Assembly (NCBI GenBank): GCA_010909165.1
Contig: VJWM01000044.1
Location: 2,108,001-2,172,000 of the forward strand
Direction of reading: 5' to 3'
Origin: Anthoceros angustus
Taxonomy: Eukaryota; Plantae; Anthocerotophyta
Length of the DNA stretch: 64,000 bases
Below the pieces are notes generated by a model. The model worked only from the letters and a program-made list of their open reading frames with translations, had not been told where the DNA came from and did not search any database. Positions 49,931-62,530 of the stretch are shown here, in pieces. A program made the position numbers and the translations under genes. Position 1 is the stretch's first letter, and each line of letters opens with the position of its first letter.

Positions 49931-52510
49931 ATGTCCGCCCCTTGTTCGTCGGAGCACCAGCAGCAGCTTCCTCCAGCCACCTCCTCCGACTCCCAGCCTG
50001 CTACTGCGGCGGCGGCTCCAGCTCCAGCTCCAACTCCGGTTCCGGCGCATCAAGCCAGTGACAGTGCCAGTGCCAGTGCCGGATGCTCGGTTTCGGAAGG
50101 ATGCCGCTTTTTCGACGCATCGTCTGACGTATGGAGCAGGTTTCCGCAATCGGCGCGCTTGAACCCTCCCCAGCCGACTCTACCTCTGCCATACCAGTTC
50201 TACGGCCAGCCTTTTTACAAGGGCTTCACCTGGGAGAAGAAAGTGTGACCGTGCTGCACTTGTTCCTTTCCCTTTGCGTGTCTGCTCCCTTCACTTGACA
50301 TGCAGCCGGCCGTAGGGGATGCACGATAGGTTTCTTCTACTTTAAGTCATCAGAGCGGGACCAGGGTCTCTGTCATGGCTGGGCTGTGCTGGCAACTTCC
50401 GCCGGTTACGGCCGGGGATCTCGGCTCTGTGCCGGCACCGGCTGCTTGCTTGTTCAAACGGCGGCACTCTCAGCAGGGGAGATCTTTGTTTTTGAAAGGC
50501 AGTGTAGGCAGCGTAGGTTTCGTAGGGGGAGCTGGAGCTGGGGATGTGTGCATTCGGTTAAGGTTCAGTCATCCAGCAGGGAGCAGGAATTCTGGCGTCT
50601 GCGTTATCTCAGCTCACATTGGCAGGAGGCGGCTTACCGCATCGAAGAATGAGGCCTATGATGTTGCCTCAGGTTTTTGTCCCCTCCCGTATAGGCAGCG
50701 ATCGACGTTTGGATGCTCCTGCAATGGCAAGGATCATGACGTTGAGGATGATGAGAGTGCGACGTCGTTGCAGGTCTGACGCTGGCTGGATATGATGGCA
50801 TTCGGTTTGGGAAGTTTCAGTGGTTGATGTTGGTCAGCTCATACGGTGAAGGAAATTTCTTGTTGGCAGGATGAAGCTGATGTCGGTAATCCTTTTACCC
50901 TGAAGGCGGAGCCTACTTTTTTGACTCGTTGGGATGTCCCATGGGATGGCAAAGCCACTGCCATTGGGATGGCATCGTGGTTTGGGAGGTAGTGATGTAT
51001 ATTCAATGATCCTTCCGCTTTCGTTACAGAATTCCACTTGGGGAGTGAGGATGCTCAGATAGTTGGCCTGTAAGGGCAGCTTTTTGTTCACAGGATTCGC
51101 AGTGTCGCTGCTGACCCTGAAATTGGGACTCGGTCGGCGTCAATCTATGGACATGGATGAGCAAGCACTCTTCATACTCGTCCACCAATTGTACGTGAGC
51201 CTTCCCTGACCTTGCTCTCCATGACGCAGCAGTCCAGGTGCTGCCTCTTGAGATGCTGGACACTCTCAACATCCAAGCCGTCTATCTCGCATCAAATGTT
51301 CTGATATGAAAAAACTGGACTGGTTGCATTCAGGTTGCAGACAGCTACAGGCTTAGGTGCCATTAACCTCGTCATTTCTCCGTACAAGCCACTCCCTCCA
51401 ACCTTGTTCGTCTTCGGTAAGTGTTGCACACTTCTGCTGAATCGATTTTTGCAGTTCCGCAAACATGCACGATGGTTCATGATGGTCTGACCTCCTGAAC
51501 TGTGGGTAATTCTTTCAATCCAAAGACTTCAAGTCTCCTCTGGATTTGGAACGAGGTTGGCTGCTGTGGGGTTCACTAGGCGTCCTATTGGCTGGAGCAT
51601 CCGTGGTAGCTGCGGGTGCAGCCACCAGTGTTGTAACTGGACAGCCTCCACCTCGCGATGTACGTTGCCAGCCTTCTTCTGGATGTATGCTATGGACCAG
51701 CAGCTCAGTCCTCGTCATAACCTTCCCTCATCGCATGCATGTGCAGGAAGCTGATGCTCTTATGCAGTTGCTTCCCCTAATCGGTTCCACTCCAGCAAGG
51801 TACACAGATTACCTGCTCCTGTTTGACAAGAACCTGCGACACTCACTAACGCCAGACACTCCTTGTCTGCAGCACCGCATCTCTGATCGCCGTGGCTGGA
51901 GTGTTGGCCCCTCTTCTAGAAGAATCCGTCTTCCGTGGCTTCCTACTGACTTCCCTTACCAAATGGTGGGCGTTTCTCCCCTCCCCCTGCCCTCCCCTTT
52001 TGTCACTCCAAACCAACCGGCTAATCAGCCGGTGCGTCTCCTGCAGGGTACCAACTCCCGTGGCCATCGCAGTCAGCGCGAGCGCTTTCGCCGGCGCCCA
52101 TCTCACGCCAAGCGAATTCCCGCAGCTGTTCGCCCTAGGTACCTGTGCCCGCAATTTTACCCCGGTCTTGTCACCTTGTGTGTGAAGAGCTCCATCCTGT
52201 CCGTCACTGCCTCACCCACACCCTTGCCCACGTCTGGCAGGTGTAGTTCTAGGGTTATCCTACGCTCAAACACGCAACCTGCTGACTCCGATCTTCATCC
52301 ACGCAGTCTGGAACTCAGGAGTTGTAATACTTCTGACACTGCTCCGCGTAAGTCTCCTGGCGCCAGGCCTTGTCTCTCCTCTTCCACACAATTTGCCCTT
52401 TCCAGTGCCGCTGCCACGGCCACTGCCACCCCGACCACGGGCTTCTGATTCCAGCATCTTCGTATCCTGCTCCACAGCTTCAAGGCTACGACATCCGCGA
52501 GATGCTGTAA
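49931..52510 (+). CDS. CPBP/Abi (CAAX-protease-like) plastid membrane protein, multi-exon
   Basis: RWDVPWDG, RGWLLWG, GVLAPLLEESVFRGFLLTSLTKW, AFAGAHLTPSEFPQLF, IFIHAVWNSG and GYDIREML*. The first exon may carry a C-run indel at 49938-49941. Confidence 0.88.
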
Positions 52511-53237
52511 ACCTGCGAGCGTTCCAATCACGGAGCCTACCATTCCTTCATGTACCCGTTTCCATCATTTGCCTCTACGGCCCCTCGTCATTGTGTTGTT
52601 GCCCGCCTGGAACTTGTTCGGAACCAACAGTCTGAGTGCCGCAGCAGGCATTCCCTGGCTCGAGCAGCCGGCAGGTCAAAGCTGGGAACCCCCGGGAGAA
52701 GGTTCGGTTCACGCAATCCGGCATGAGCTTCGCTGTCTCCTCCAAGTTTCTTCCGGTAAGGAAGGCCCACACGTACGTCCCGCCCGGTCGCACGTGGTGA
52801 GCCACTTGGCATGGGGCTCGAGCCAAGGTGTTGCGCGAGGCCGCCATCGCCATGCTCCGCAGCCCCCCTCCACGGAGTAGTTGTATGCGACGGGCTGGCA
52901 GGCGGTGGCGGCCTCCTTAAGCGCCCAACATCGCTACGCAACAAGCAGTGTCGTCTGCCCTACCACCCGCTGCGTCGTCATTCCTCATCAGCAGCGGGCC
53001 ATTGATTCCCTGGCCCTGGCGCCCATTCTTTCCTAGGCCCCGACTCCCAGCATTTTATATTTCCCTCTCTCGGATCCACGCCGCGCCTTTACTTCGCGTT
53101 TCGCTGCCTTCACTTTGTCTCCTTTCTTTTGAGCAGCAGCAGGATCAGCAGCAGCAGTAGAAGAGCGCGACTGGCCGGCTCGGCAAGGCTTGCCTCGGCT
53201 GCTGCTGCTGCTGCTGCTGCCTGACACAGGTCTGGCC

Positions 53238-56200
53238 ATGGCCGTGGCGGAGGTGTGGGCTGCGTCTGCCTCCTCCTCGCTGGCGTCCTGCTCCGGGAGG
53301 CAGCCTGAGCCAGTCGGGGCGGGGCCCTGGCTGGCCTGGCCGCTCTCCTCCGCCCGGCTCGGGGCGCCTCAGGCCTGCGGGCGGCGGCCAATGCGGCGGG
53401 CTGCCGGGGCGGGGCGTGGTTCGGCACGGCGGGCAGGCGGAAGCTCCGGATTGTGGCGGCCAGTCCCCCGCCGAGGAGGTGGCCGTCGGGGCCGAGCCCT
53501 CACCAAGCAGGACCTCGTCGCGTACATCGCCTCCGGCTGCAAGCCCAAGGATCGGTGGAGGTAGGGATCGGCGAAGCGTGCGTCCGGGAATTTTGTGGGC
53601 GGTAGGGGCGTTTTGTGGGCGGTATGGGGCATTTTGTCCGCTGATGATTGCGGCCGTGTTCGGGGAGGAGGATTGAAGGGAGGGGGGCGGGTTTAGGTTG
53701 AATTGTCCGACCGTTAGCTCGTGCGGAGTTGTGGGTTGTCTTCAGGTTTTGTGATTGTAGTGGAGGGCGGGGGAGGCAGTGGTGGTAGTGGAGAGGATTG
53801 CACAATGCGTCTGGGCGGAGTGCGTGTTTTCGCGTTTCGGTGTTTTGTAAAGCTGACCTGGATTGGTGTGTGCAGGATTGGGACAGAGCATGAGAAATTT
53901 GGCTTCAATCTGGAGACCCTCCGGCCGATGCAGTATGAGGAGATCAGTCAGATATTTGAGGGCTTGGTGGAGCGCTTTCAGTGGACGAGGGTCAAGGAGG
54001 GCGACAACATCATTGGCCTTAAGTTGGTGAGTTGTAGTGGGCGTCAGAAAGTATCTCGTGCACTTCTGCTGTGTGGTGGTCCTCCGTGTGCTCTCTGCTA
54101 ATTGTTCGGGGGGTGCCTGTGTAGGATGGACAAAGCATTTCGCTGGAACCTGGTGGACAGTTTGAGCTCAGTGGTGCTCCATTGGAGACTGTCCACCAAA
54201 CGTGCGCGGAAGTGAATTCTCACCTGTACCAGGTTGGATGACGTCTCGTACTCCTGGCATTTCACTTCGTGGTTAGGGGATTTCGGGCTTCCTTCTTTGC
54301 TGTGGCAGTTGCAGGCAGGGTTGCAGCTCAGATCTGCAGCTCCTGATTCACTGCTCTGATGTGGCCTGCATTATTTAACTCGGGCAGTTTCCTGTCGCAT
54401 TCTGCAGGTTAAAGCTGTGGCTGAGGAAATGGGGCTTGGGTTTATGGGCATCGGCTTTCATCCGAAGTGGAAAGTGGAAGAGATTCCCGTCATGCCGAAG
54501 GTGTGCAACTTTCTGGCTTTTCTCTCGAGGTTTGTTACTGGATGCAAAGTGAAGATCGTGTGAAGGTGAAAGAACGGTCTGGAGCTCTGCACCGTGTTAA
54601 TTTGATAATGTTTCCTGAAAGGCGGCCCTGGTTTGCAGGGTCGGTACAACATAATGCGTAAGTACATGCCGACTGTGGGATCTTATGGGCTGGATATGAT
54701 GTTCCGGACGTGCACAGTGCAGGTGCCCACCAGTTGCTGCTGTGACCGGAAGTCGTTTACTGCTCGAGGCAAACAACTGTGTTGGCTTAACCCTTGGTGT
54801 GATGTCAGGTCAATTTAGACTTTGATTCCGAGCAAGATATGATTAGAAAGTTCAGAGCCAGCTTGGCATTGCAGCCTGTAGGTTCACTTTGTAAACTATC
54901 TCTATGCTTTCCTGCTTTCTTTCCCAGTCCTCTCCTCTTGCAGTCTCAGGCATAAGAATGTTCAGAACGAGTAGTTGCTGACCGGCTTCCTCTCAATGTT
55001 TCCACAGATTGCAACCGCTATATTTGCAAACTCTCCTTTCACTGAAGGAAAACCAAACGGCTATATGAGCTACCGGAGGTGCACATTTGATCGCGCCTGA
55101 TGTCATTTCAGATGTTTGCAATTGCCTGGGAGGCTGTCTGAGCTGTACTCACGATCCCCTAATTTGTTTGATTTGTGGAGTTTACAGCCAAATTTGGACA
55201 GACGTAGATAAAAACAGGACTGGTGATCTGCCCTTTGTGTTCAGTGATGATTTTGGGTAAGTCCTTAAAAATCAAATCCCCCGTCAATCCGCGTGAAAGC
55301 TGGCCAGTGGCTTTCATTCAAGTCAATGGTTTGTCCATGCTGGCCAGTGGCTTTCATTCAAGTCAATGGTTTGTCCATGGTGCAGATTTGAGAAGTATGT
55401 TGACTATGCGCTGGATGTTCCAATGTATTTTGCGTATCGAGGCAAGCAGTATGTGGATTGTACTGGTCAATCATTCAGGGTATATTACTTGACCGTGGCT
55501 AACTTTCGAACTTATGCCCTTGGTTCCTCATTCGAATCGTGCACATCAATTACACCCCGTTCCAGCTCCCACTTATGGTTTTTCTTTTCACAGGACTTCT
55601 TGGATGGAAAACTCCCTAGCCTACCAGGTGAAAGGCCTACTCTCAATGACTGGGAGAATCATCTCACCACTATCTTTCCCGAGGTATGGAGTTCACCTGT
55701 GTGTTTTCCACTCGGTGGGTTTGACTCCCCTGGTTTTTACCCTTGCTGGTCCGGTTTTGCTCTCAGGTCAGATTGAAACGTTACCTAGAAATGAGGGGAG
55801 CAGACGGGGGCCCCTGGCGAAAACTGTGTGCCTTGCCGGCATTTTGGGTATGTCAATGTTGTAGTATATTACCTGCTGTTGGGTCTCCTTGTGATGGCAG
55901 TGGCTTATCAGTAGTGTGTTTCAACATGTTAGGTGGGACTTCTCTATGATGAGCAATCGCTAGCCGGGGCGCTCGATATTATAAACGACTGGACTCAGGA
56001 GGAGCGTGCAATGCTGAGAAGGAAGGTTGGTATTCGGCTTTAAGGGAGTCATTGGCCTTTCTTCAAATTGCCCTAGATTTGTGATATGGGTACGAAGGTT
56101 TTGAACCGTGGCTAGGCTGCTGACCAAGACCCCTTTTGATATCCAGGTCCCACAGCTGGGGTTGAAGACTCCGTTTCGGGATGGACTTTTAAGCCATGTC

Positions 56201-56594
56201 GCTCAAGATGTCTACAAACTGGCCAAGGTAATAAAGTTTTCCCCTGGACCGAGCCGGGCTGTTCTTTACGATATGTTTGATTTCGATGTCGTGCCCAAGG
56301 CACGGTCCTGATCACTACATGGTGCAAAACCTGCAGGACGGGCTGAAAAGGAGAGGCTACAAGGAGGTGTCGTTTTTGGCTGATCTGGAGGATGTTGTCA
56401 GAACTGGTACCTGTCCCTCAAAGCATTACAGCTTCCGAACGAATATTCACATTGCGCAGACGCAGAGTGATTCTTCTCACATGGTTATAAACCTTTTGTG
56501 CGCAGGAATAAGCCCCGCCCAGAGACTTTTGGACTTGTACCATACAAAGTGGGGGGAGAGCGTGGATCCTGTGTTCAAAGAGCTCCTGTATTAG
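53238..56594 (+). CDS. GSH1: Glutamate-cysteine ligase, plastid, multi-exon
   Basis: [21 protein letters not shown]|[62 protein letters not shown] and [11 protein letters not shown]. Confidence 0.95.
55299..55379. repeat. Perfect 40-bp tandem duplication at the 3' end of a GSH1 intron
   Basis: GCTGGCCAGTGGCTTTCATTCAAGTCAATGGTTTGTCCAT x2, immediately before TGCAG. Confidence 0.9.
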
Positions 56595-57215
56595 TCTCCA
56601 GTCGCATCGGCAAAACTTGAGGACAGGTCTACGTTTCACATCTGAAACAGGCTTGTTCAACAGAACTGGGTCGCCTGGCTCACGAGAGTAGAGAATGATT
56701 CGTCCGGTGCTTGCCACGGACAGTGTACCATGCGTACAAAGGATAAAAGCTAGATCGGGTGTCCATTTGAAACGAAAATTTTAATCTACAGGCCGAGATA
56801 TATTAAGAAAAGTCACATTCAAACATCGGAGGGCTTCTCCGTCGTGGGCAGCAATAGCAGTGCGTCTTGTTACATCCGTACGCTGATCTGGTTGCAAGGC
56901 AAGCAGGAGTGTTTTCCGGATTGAACTGCACGTTCCAGTGGAGATCAGCAGAGAATAAGAGGATGAGGACAAGTTGGAGTAATGTTGCACTATGTGTCTA
57001 CCTTGTTGTGTGCCAAGTGGAAGGCTTATCTGGCGAGCGAGTCTGGTGCTTAGTAGTCCCAGTGGTTCTTGCATGCACACCTCGTCTTGTGATGAATGCT
57101 CACGGCATTTGTAGTGGGAAATCCGCAAAATTCTCAGCAAGAAGCTGCAAAGGCAGGAATGCTGAGCCCGTTTGCTCCCAATCTCTCAACATCGGTGCTC
57201 TGATCTGGTGCTACG

Positions 57216-59159
57216 ATGACGGGCTACTATGCAGGTGCCCATGATGGAGGGCTGGTGCACCAGCTTTTCATGGATGCAAACAGAAATGCTGATGAGTTCG
57301 TGCAGCTGGGAGGCAGCAGGACTGTAGCAATAGGGACGCTTCTGGCACTCCTGGCTGCTGTGGCAAATGGCTCTTTCGCAGTGCTGGCCAAGAGCAGACC
57401 TGTACGATCAGCGAGAGTGGATCCTTACGTCTTCACCTTTTGGGCTTGGTTAGCCGATGGCCTGTGTACCCTGTCCTGTACTACTACCACCTCCATAGTC
57501 GCAGCAGATTGCAGCATACATCTCTCACCTTGCCCATGTCCGTGCACAGTGTGGGGATATTTATCTCAAGCCTTCTGCTGCTGGCGCGGGTGAAATTCGT
57601 GTGGACGTGGTGGGCTCTTCTCAGCGCCCTTTTCTTTGTCTTGTCCGTTGTAAATGCCTTCCGCGCAGTGAGATTGATCGGCGTGTCAGGTGCGTGCTGC
57701 CACTGTCCTCGAATGTGGATTGCGCACCTCTTTGCGAATCAATTTCAAGTTTCCTGCTGATCAATGGCTTCTGCCTGCTTGACAGTTGGCACTGGTGTCT
57801 GGGCTGGGACGGCTGTTGTGGGTAATCCCTCTGCTAAACCATGTGGTAGGGAGAGCGGTATCATTGAATACATCTGTCCACCGTAGCTTACAAGCACCTG
57901 TTTGATTGACTGCAGTGTCGTTCCTGGCGGGGTTGTTTTTCGATCCTCGAGCCGAAGTTCATCACGTTTTAGTAGCTATTGTGGCCATTCTTATCATCTT
58001 AGGTGGTATAGGTATGTCATCCTGGTGGATGAAGCTCTCCCGAAGTAGGATCTGGTTGTCGAAGTTTTTGTCATGAGGTCAGATGCTCACACCATCGGTT
58101 TGTTGCCATAACGCCTTGGCGGATGCTGGGAAATGCAGCTGGTTTGGGCTGGTCAGGGCATCTTGGGAGAGCTGCCACGGGTCAGGAGGAGCGTCTTGAG
58201 TCTCTGTTGAGCACTCAGGTGCTTGTCTTACCCCCGTCTTTGGTTATCTGCTGCTTACGTTCTCAAAAATTCTGATGTGAAAGCTTTGAGCCTCGTGGAC
58301 TGTTGTGGCCTTCCAGAGAGGGACACTGGACATTGAAGGAGCATTTTCATCTGGAGTGATTTCTGCCATTATTGCTGGTGTGTTTGGAGGTCTTGTAATG
58401 GTAAGCGCTGTACTCTAAACCTGTGGTCCTTACTGGCTGAAACTTCCAACGCTTAGACACCTATTAATTCTCTAAATGGCTTTTGCAGTTACCCCTGACT
58501 TGGTCACCATCCAAAGCACAGGTAGGCTCAGCTGTAGATGGCTTTAAAGGATTTTGTTGAAGAGTTTGTTACGCTGTTATCAAACTGCTTTCTGATGGCA
58601 GCCCTGCGCTACTGCAGGGCTTGCACTATGTTCCACCGTTCGGTATTTGTGTATTGATACTTGCGCCTTTTGTAACAACTCTGCCATATCTGGTAGTTTC
58701 TCGAGAGTGGCCAGATTTCCACTGGGATGTCGCTTCCATCCCAGGCATCGTGTCAGGAATAATCTGGAACGTCGGTACGTCATCCAAGCTGACCTGTTTT
58801 GGTGAAGGATCGTCTGGGTTCGTGGGATGTAGCAGATGACACTGACACTATGACTGGGAGCAGGAAACATACTGAGCGTGGGTGCGATCATGTATCTTGG
58901 CTATCCGGTTGCCTACCCAATGTAAGCTTTCTTACCATCTTCCCCCTACTATGCGAGTGATCCGACTTCATTGTGTTATTTGCCACTCGGTATGTGACTT
59001 GGATGTGTGAGCTGCAGATTCCAATGTGGAGTCTTCGTTGCAGGTCTTTGGGGCATGCTTCTCTTCGACGAGATTAGAGATGATTCTGCAGCTAAATTCT
59101 GGGGCGCTGGGCTAGTGATTGTGGTGGGCATTGCTCTCTTGTCGTACGCATCAGCTTGA
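57216..59159 (+). CDS. TMEM144-like (DMT superfamily) multi-pass transporter, many exons; start uncertain
   Basis: AAVANGSFAV..K, DPYVF, WALLSALFFVL, VGTGVWAG, GIVSGIIWN.GN, LGYPVAYP, VAGLWGMLLFDEI and about 10 hydrophobic segments. Confidence 0.72.
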
Positions 59160-59489
59160 GATTGTAGTGTGCTTGCGAATATGATTTGCAATTCCACATC
59201 GGTTGGAGGACTACTCTGAAATATAAAGCCTTGGGTATAAGCCTTGGTTGCGGTCATGGGTAAAGCAAAGAATGCCGTTGCACGCCGACCCTAACCTCCC
59301 AACCCCAAATGATCGGCATCCGCAGGAGCTCGGCCGTCCGTGCCATTTGTGGGTATGTTACGCTCAAGACGCTGCCCCTCAAAACCCATTTGTGGTATGT
59401 TACAAATGGGCATATTTTGAAGAACGTGGGTATGTTACAAATGGGTACGTTTTGATGAAGGATCATTTGCGTTCCTGGGTTGTGGGTCC

Positions 59490-59730
59490 TTCCCCTCTCC
59501 CCTTCTCTGCCCTTCCCCTGCCATTCCCTTTCTCCCCTCCTCTACCCTTCCCCTACCCTTTCCTATACCCTTCCCCTGCCATTCCCCCATTCTCCCCTCC
59601 TTTACCCTTCCCCTACCCCCTCCTATGCCCTTCCCCTGCCATTCCCCCTTCTCCCCTCCTCTACCCTTAACCTACCCCCTTCCCCTGCCATTCCCCCTTC
59701 TCCCCTCCTCTACCCTTAACCTACCCCCCG
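59490..59730. repeat. Polypyrimidine/polypurine degenerate tandem tract
   Basis: Repeated TCCCCTCCTCTACCCTT, CCCCTACCC and TTCCCCTGCCATTCCCC blocks. The plus strand is almost free of G. Confidence 0.9.
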
Positions 59731-59885
59731 GGTAGGAGAAGGGCCCCTCCACCGGACAAGGAACGAGGTGAAACTGTGAGCAGAAGGAAGTTGGCATAAG
59801 TGATCCACAACTACAACCTAAGTGATCATCAAAACATACCCCCGACTGGATTTTGAGGGACAGTGTCTTGAGCTAACATACCCAT

Positions 59886-60093
59886 AAGTGGCCGGGCTCC
59901 TCCCGATGGCTATGATTTGGCTTTGTGCGTCCGCACAAGTGGCCGGGCTCCTCCCGATGGCTATGATTTGGCTTTGTGCATCCGCACAAGTGGCCGGGCT
60001 CCTCCCGATGGCTATGATTTGGCTTTGTGCGTCCGCACAAGTGGCCGGGCTCCTCCCGATGGCTATGATTTGGCTTTGTGCGTCCGCAAGTGG
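59886..60093. repeat. 51-bp minisatellite, 4 near-perfect copies
   Basis: AAGTGGCCGGGCTCCTCCCGATGGCTATGATTTGGCTTTGTGCGTCCGCAC starts at 59886, 59937, 59988 and 60039. Confidence 0.95.
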
Positions 60094-60120
60094 GTTTTCG
60101 CATAAAGGCTATCATAGAGA

Positions 60121-60207
60121 CCGTGAAACCTAATATCCTTCGGTTCCGTAAAACCCAATATCCTTCGGTTCCGTAAAACCCAAAATACTTCGGTTCCGTG
60201 AAACCCC
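60121..60207. repeat. 25-bp minisatellite, about 3.5 copies
   Basis: CCGT(G/A)AAACC.AA.AT.CTTCGGTT units start at 60121, 60146, 60171 and 60196. Confidence 0.95.
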
Positions 60208-60722
60208 ACAATTGCCTGGATTTACATGAAAAATCACCCTAGCATTCCTTTTTTCTAGCAAATAGGGTTAGTCTTTACCATGGGGGATCGATTGTAACTA
60301 AAAATAGTTAAAACTTAAATGAGAATGATGAACTAGCTAAAAGAAGAACTTTACTAGAATAGATTGAGTGAAATATCTATTTAGAGTTAATAAGGTTTTA
60401 GTTTAGAATAACTTCCTCATTAAAAAACCTTTGTAGTATAGTATATATATGAGCGATTTTCCAGTACAAGTAACAAATACTACAAACAATAACAAGTATG
60501 ATTTAGGGCATAAATAACATTGATAAGGTACATGCCTATGACGGCGTGGTTTGATAGAGATAGGTAGATGATCTGTTCCATGTTTGATAAGAAGGAAAGT
60601 TGACTAAAAGGGCAAAGACTTAATATTGGATAATACTTGATATTACCTTCGGGTTAAATACGTTAGACACCCTCGAGCGAGAAGGTTATTTTTGTGTGAG
60701 ACCACTAAAATCAATCTTGAAT

Positions 60723-62123
60723 ATGAACCACATTATGGAAGAAATTAGACATCATGATACAAAATATTACGAAGTAATTAAGGTAAATGGAAAGGAAAAA
60801 TTCAGGTGTTTATGTGAAGAATGCCAAGGTTGGACTTATGCAAATAGGTCTATATTTTCCAAACATCTACGAGAAAAACATCATCTTCAAGGTTTGCCTC
60901 CCCGGCAAAGAGGACGGCCTATAAAAATGATATGTAACAATCGTCTCGGTGCATCTTATGCCTTGAAAAAAAAAGGGAAAAAGAGGTTATATCAATTGTC
61001 TCTGGAGGCAATTTCAAATGAATCAAACATTGGCATTCAACCAAAGAAGCAGAAGACATCTCCTACTCCAAATATAATAAACATTCTAACAAACGAGACA
61101 ATGATAACTTTTCCCACTGAAGATGCACCTACAATTCCAACTCAGGAGGAGACTACTTTGCCTAAAGCTGCTCCAATTGCAGAAAATTATGTGACTGGAA
61201 AAGACAATTTGCCAACAATGTTTAACAATGTATCCCCAATTCAGGCTAATATTTCTGAAACCTTAGCATGTCCTGGGAATATTGGCTCATTGGTCCAAGT
61301 TCAACTTGAGTCTTTGTGGCCTCCTAAGGAGGATGTCATTATGTTACCCGACAGAGAGCCAATGCCAGACAAGGATGGCACTTCCAGAAGCCCTTCTCCT
61401 GTAAGAAGAAGTAGGTCGCCAACGCCGGAGAGGATAGGGACTCCCAGGAGTCCCTCGCCAATGAGAAGAGTCAAGTCAGCCAGCCGAGAAAGGTCTTCGC
61501 TGCAAGTGAAAAGTGAAGGAATGTTGAGGGCGGTCCCGAAAGTGGTACGAGTGGAGAGGGCCACTTCCCCCCAAGAGCACGAACACTTTCTTCCTATGTC
61601 AAGAGAGATAGAGGTCATGATGGCACGGTTTGAGAGGTCAAAGACTCTGACTAGGGAACTTTCTCCAGAGTTGTTGGAGCAGTCGTTGAAGAGGGCATGG
61701 TCAGAAATGCCGGAAGAGGAGTCTTTTAGTTTTGCTACCCTGCCAATAGAGCAATTAGTTCAACGAGCAGTGGGAGGAATTGGTTGCCTTAGGGCCGTGC
61801 TTTATCACTTAGCTCGAAGGGGTCAGCAAGCTCGGTGTAGGGAAGTGAGGAACGAGCAAGAAGAGATGGTGTTAAAGCAGGAACTTAGGCACCAACTGCA
61901 ACAGCAGCAACAGATACTAGAGATAGAACGACACCTTAGGGAGCAGGAGCAAGCAAGGTGTGCAAGGGCTGAGGCAGCATTACAAGATGCCTCCAATAGG
62001 AATAGGACATTGCAAGGGCAGTTGGCTCAAGTCGAGCAGGATTTGGCCACTTCAAAACGCACTTGTAAGGAAGTTGCACAGCGACTAGCCGATCTTAGCC
62101 CTCGCACACAATGTAAACCCTAG
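60723..62123 (+). CDS. Intronless 466-aa ORF with C2H2-like finger, RGRP motif, RS-rich linker and coiled coil; probably TE-associated
   Basis: FRCLCEECQGWTYANRSIFSKHLREKH, RQRGRP, KKKGKKR, RSPSPVRRSRSPTP and a Q/E/R-rich C-terminus. It is flanked by tandem repeats. No family recognised. Confidence 0.55.
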   Translation: MNHIMEEIRHHDTKYYEVIKVNGKEKFRCLCEECQGWTYANRSIFSKHLREKHHLQGLPPRQRGRPIKMICNNRLGASYALKKKGKKRLYQLSLEAISNESNIGIQPKKQKTSPTPNIINILTNETMITFPTEDAPTIPTQEETTLPKAAPIAENYVTGKDNLPTMFNNVSPIQANISETLACPGNIGSLVQVQLESLWPPKEDVIMLPDREPMPDKDGTSRSPSPVRRSRSPTPERIGTPRSPSPMRRVKSASRERSSLQVKSEGMLRAVPKVVRVERATSPQEHEHFLPMSREIEVMMARFERSKTLTRELSPELLEQSLKRAWSEMPEEESFSFATLPIEQLVQRAVGGIGCLRAVLYHLARRGQQARCREVRNEQEEMVLKQELRHQLQQQQQILEIERHLREQEQARCARAEAALQDASNRNRTLQGQLAQVEQDLATSKRTCKEVAQRLADLSPRTQCKP

Positions 62124-62299
62124 CTTGGGCAGAGGACGGAAAGCGGGGCAGGCAATTTAATATCACGTTCACTTTCCTATGAAAAGAAAGTTAGGACTTT
62201 GTGCCACACATTTTAAATATTTTGTGATATTTGAATCTTAACTTCTAAAATTAGTTTGGCTTTATCATATGTACAAGTTTCAAAGTCTCCGGCATTCAT

Positions 62300-62530
62300 A
62301 GCACTTGCTTTTTCACTTGTTTTACAAGTACAACTTTTTCACTTGGCGCTTGCATTTTTGGCTTTTTCTCTTGGCACCTGCCAATAAGTACGGCTTTCTC
62401 ACTTGGCACCTGCTTTTACACTTGTTCTACAAGTATCGCTTTTCAGTCGTTCTACAAGTATCGCTTTTCACTCGTTCTACAAGTATCGCTTTTCACTTGT
62501 TCTACAAGTATTCCTTTTTAGTTGGCACGT
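62300..62530. repeat. Degenerate ~24-bp tandem repeats
   Basis: Recurring TTTTCACTTGTT(T/C)TACAAGTA(TCGC) and TCACTTGGCAC units. Confidence 0.85.

Noticed and set aside
59886-60093. Reverse strand of the 51-bp repeat (GTGCGGACGCACAAAGCC..CCATC) faintly resembles the 5' half of 5S rRNA
   Set aside because: It needs a gap, matches only about half the positions, and has no A or C box. Not distinguishable from chance by eye.
59886-60207. Regularly spaced repeats as a possible CRISPR array
   Set aside because: The units are head-to-tail with no unique spacers, the context is eukaryotic, and there are no cas genes.
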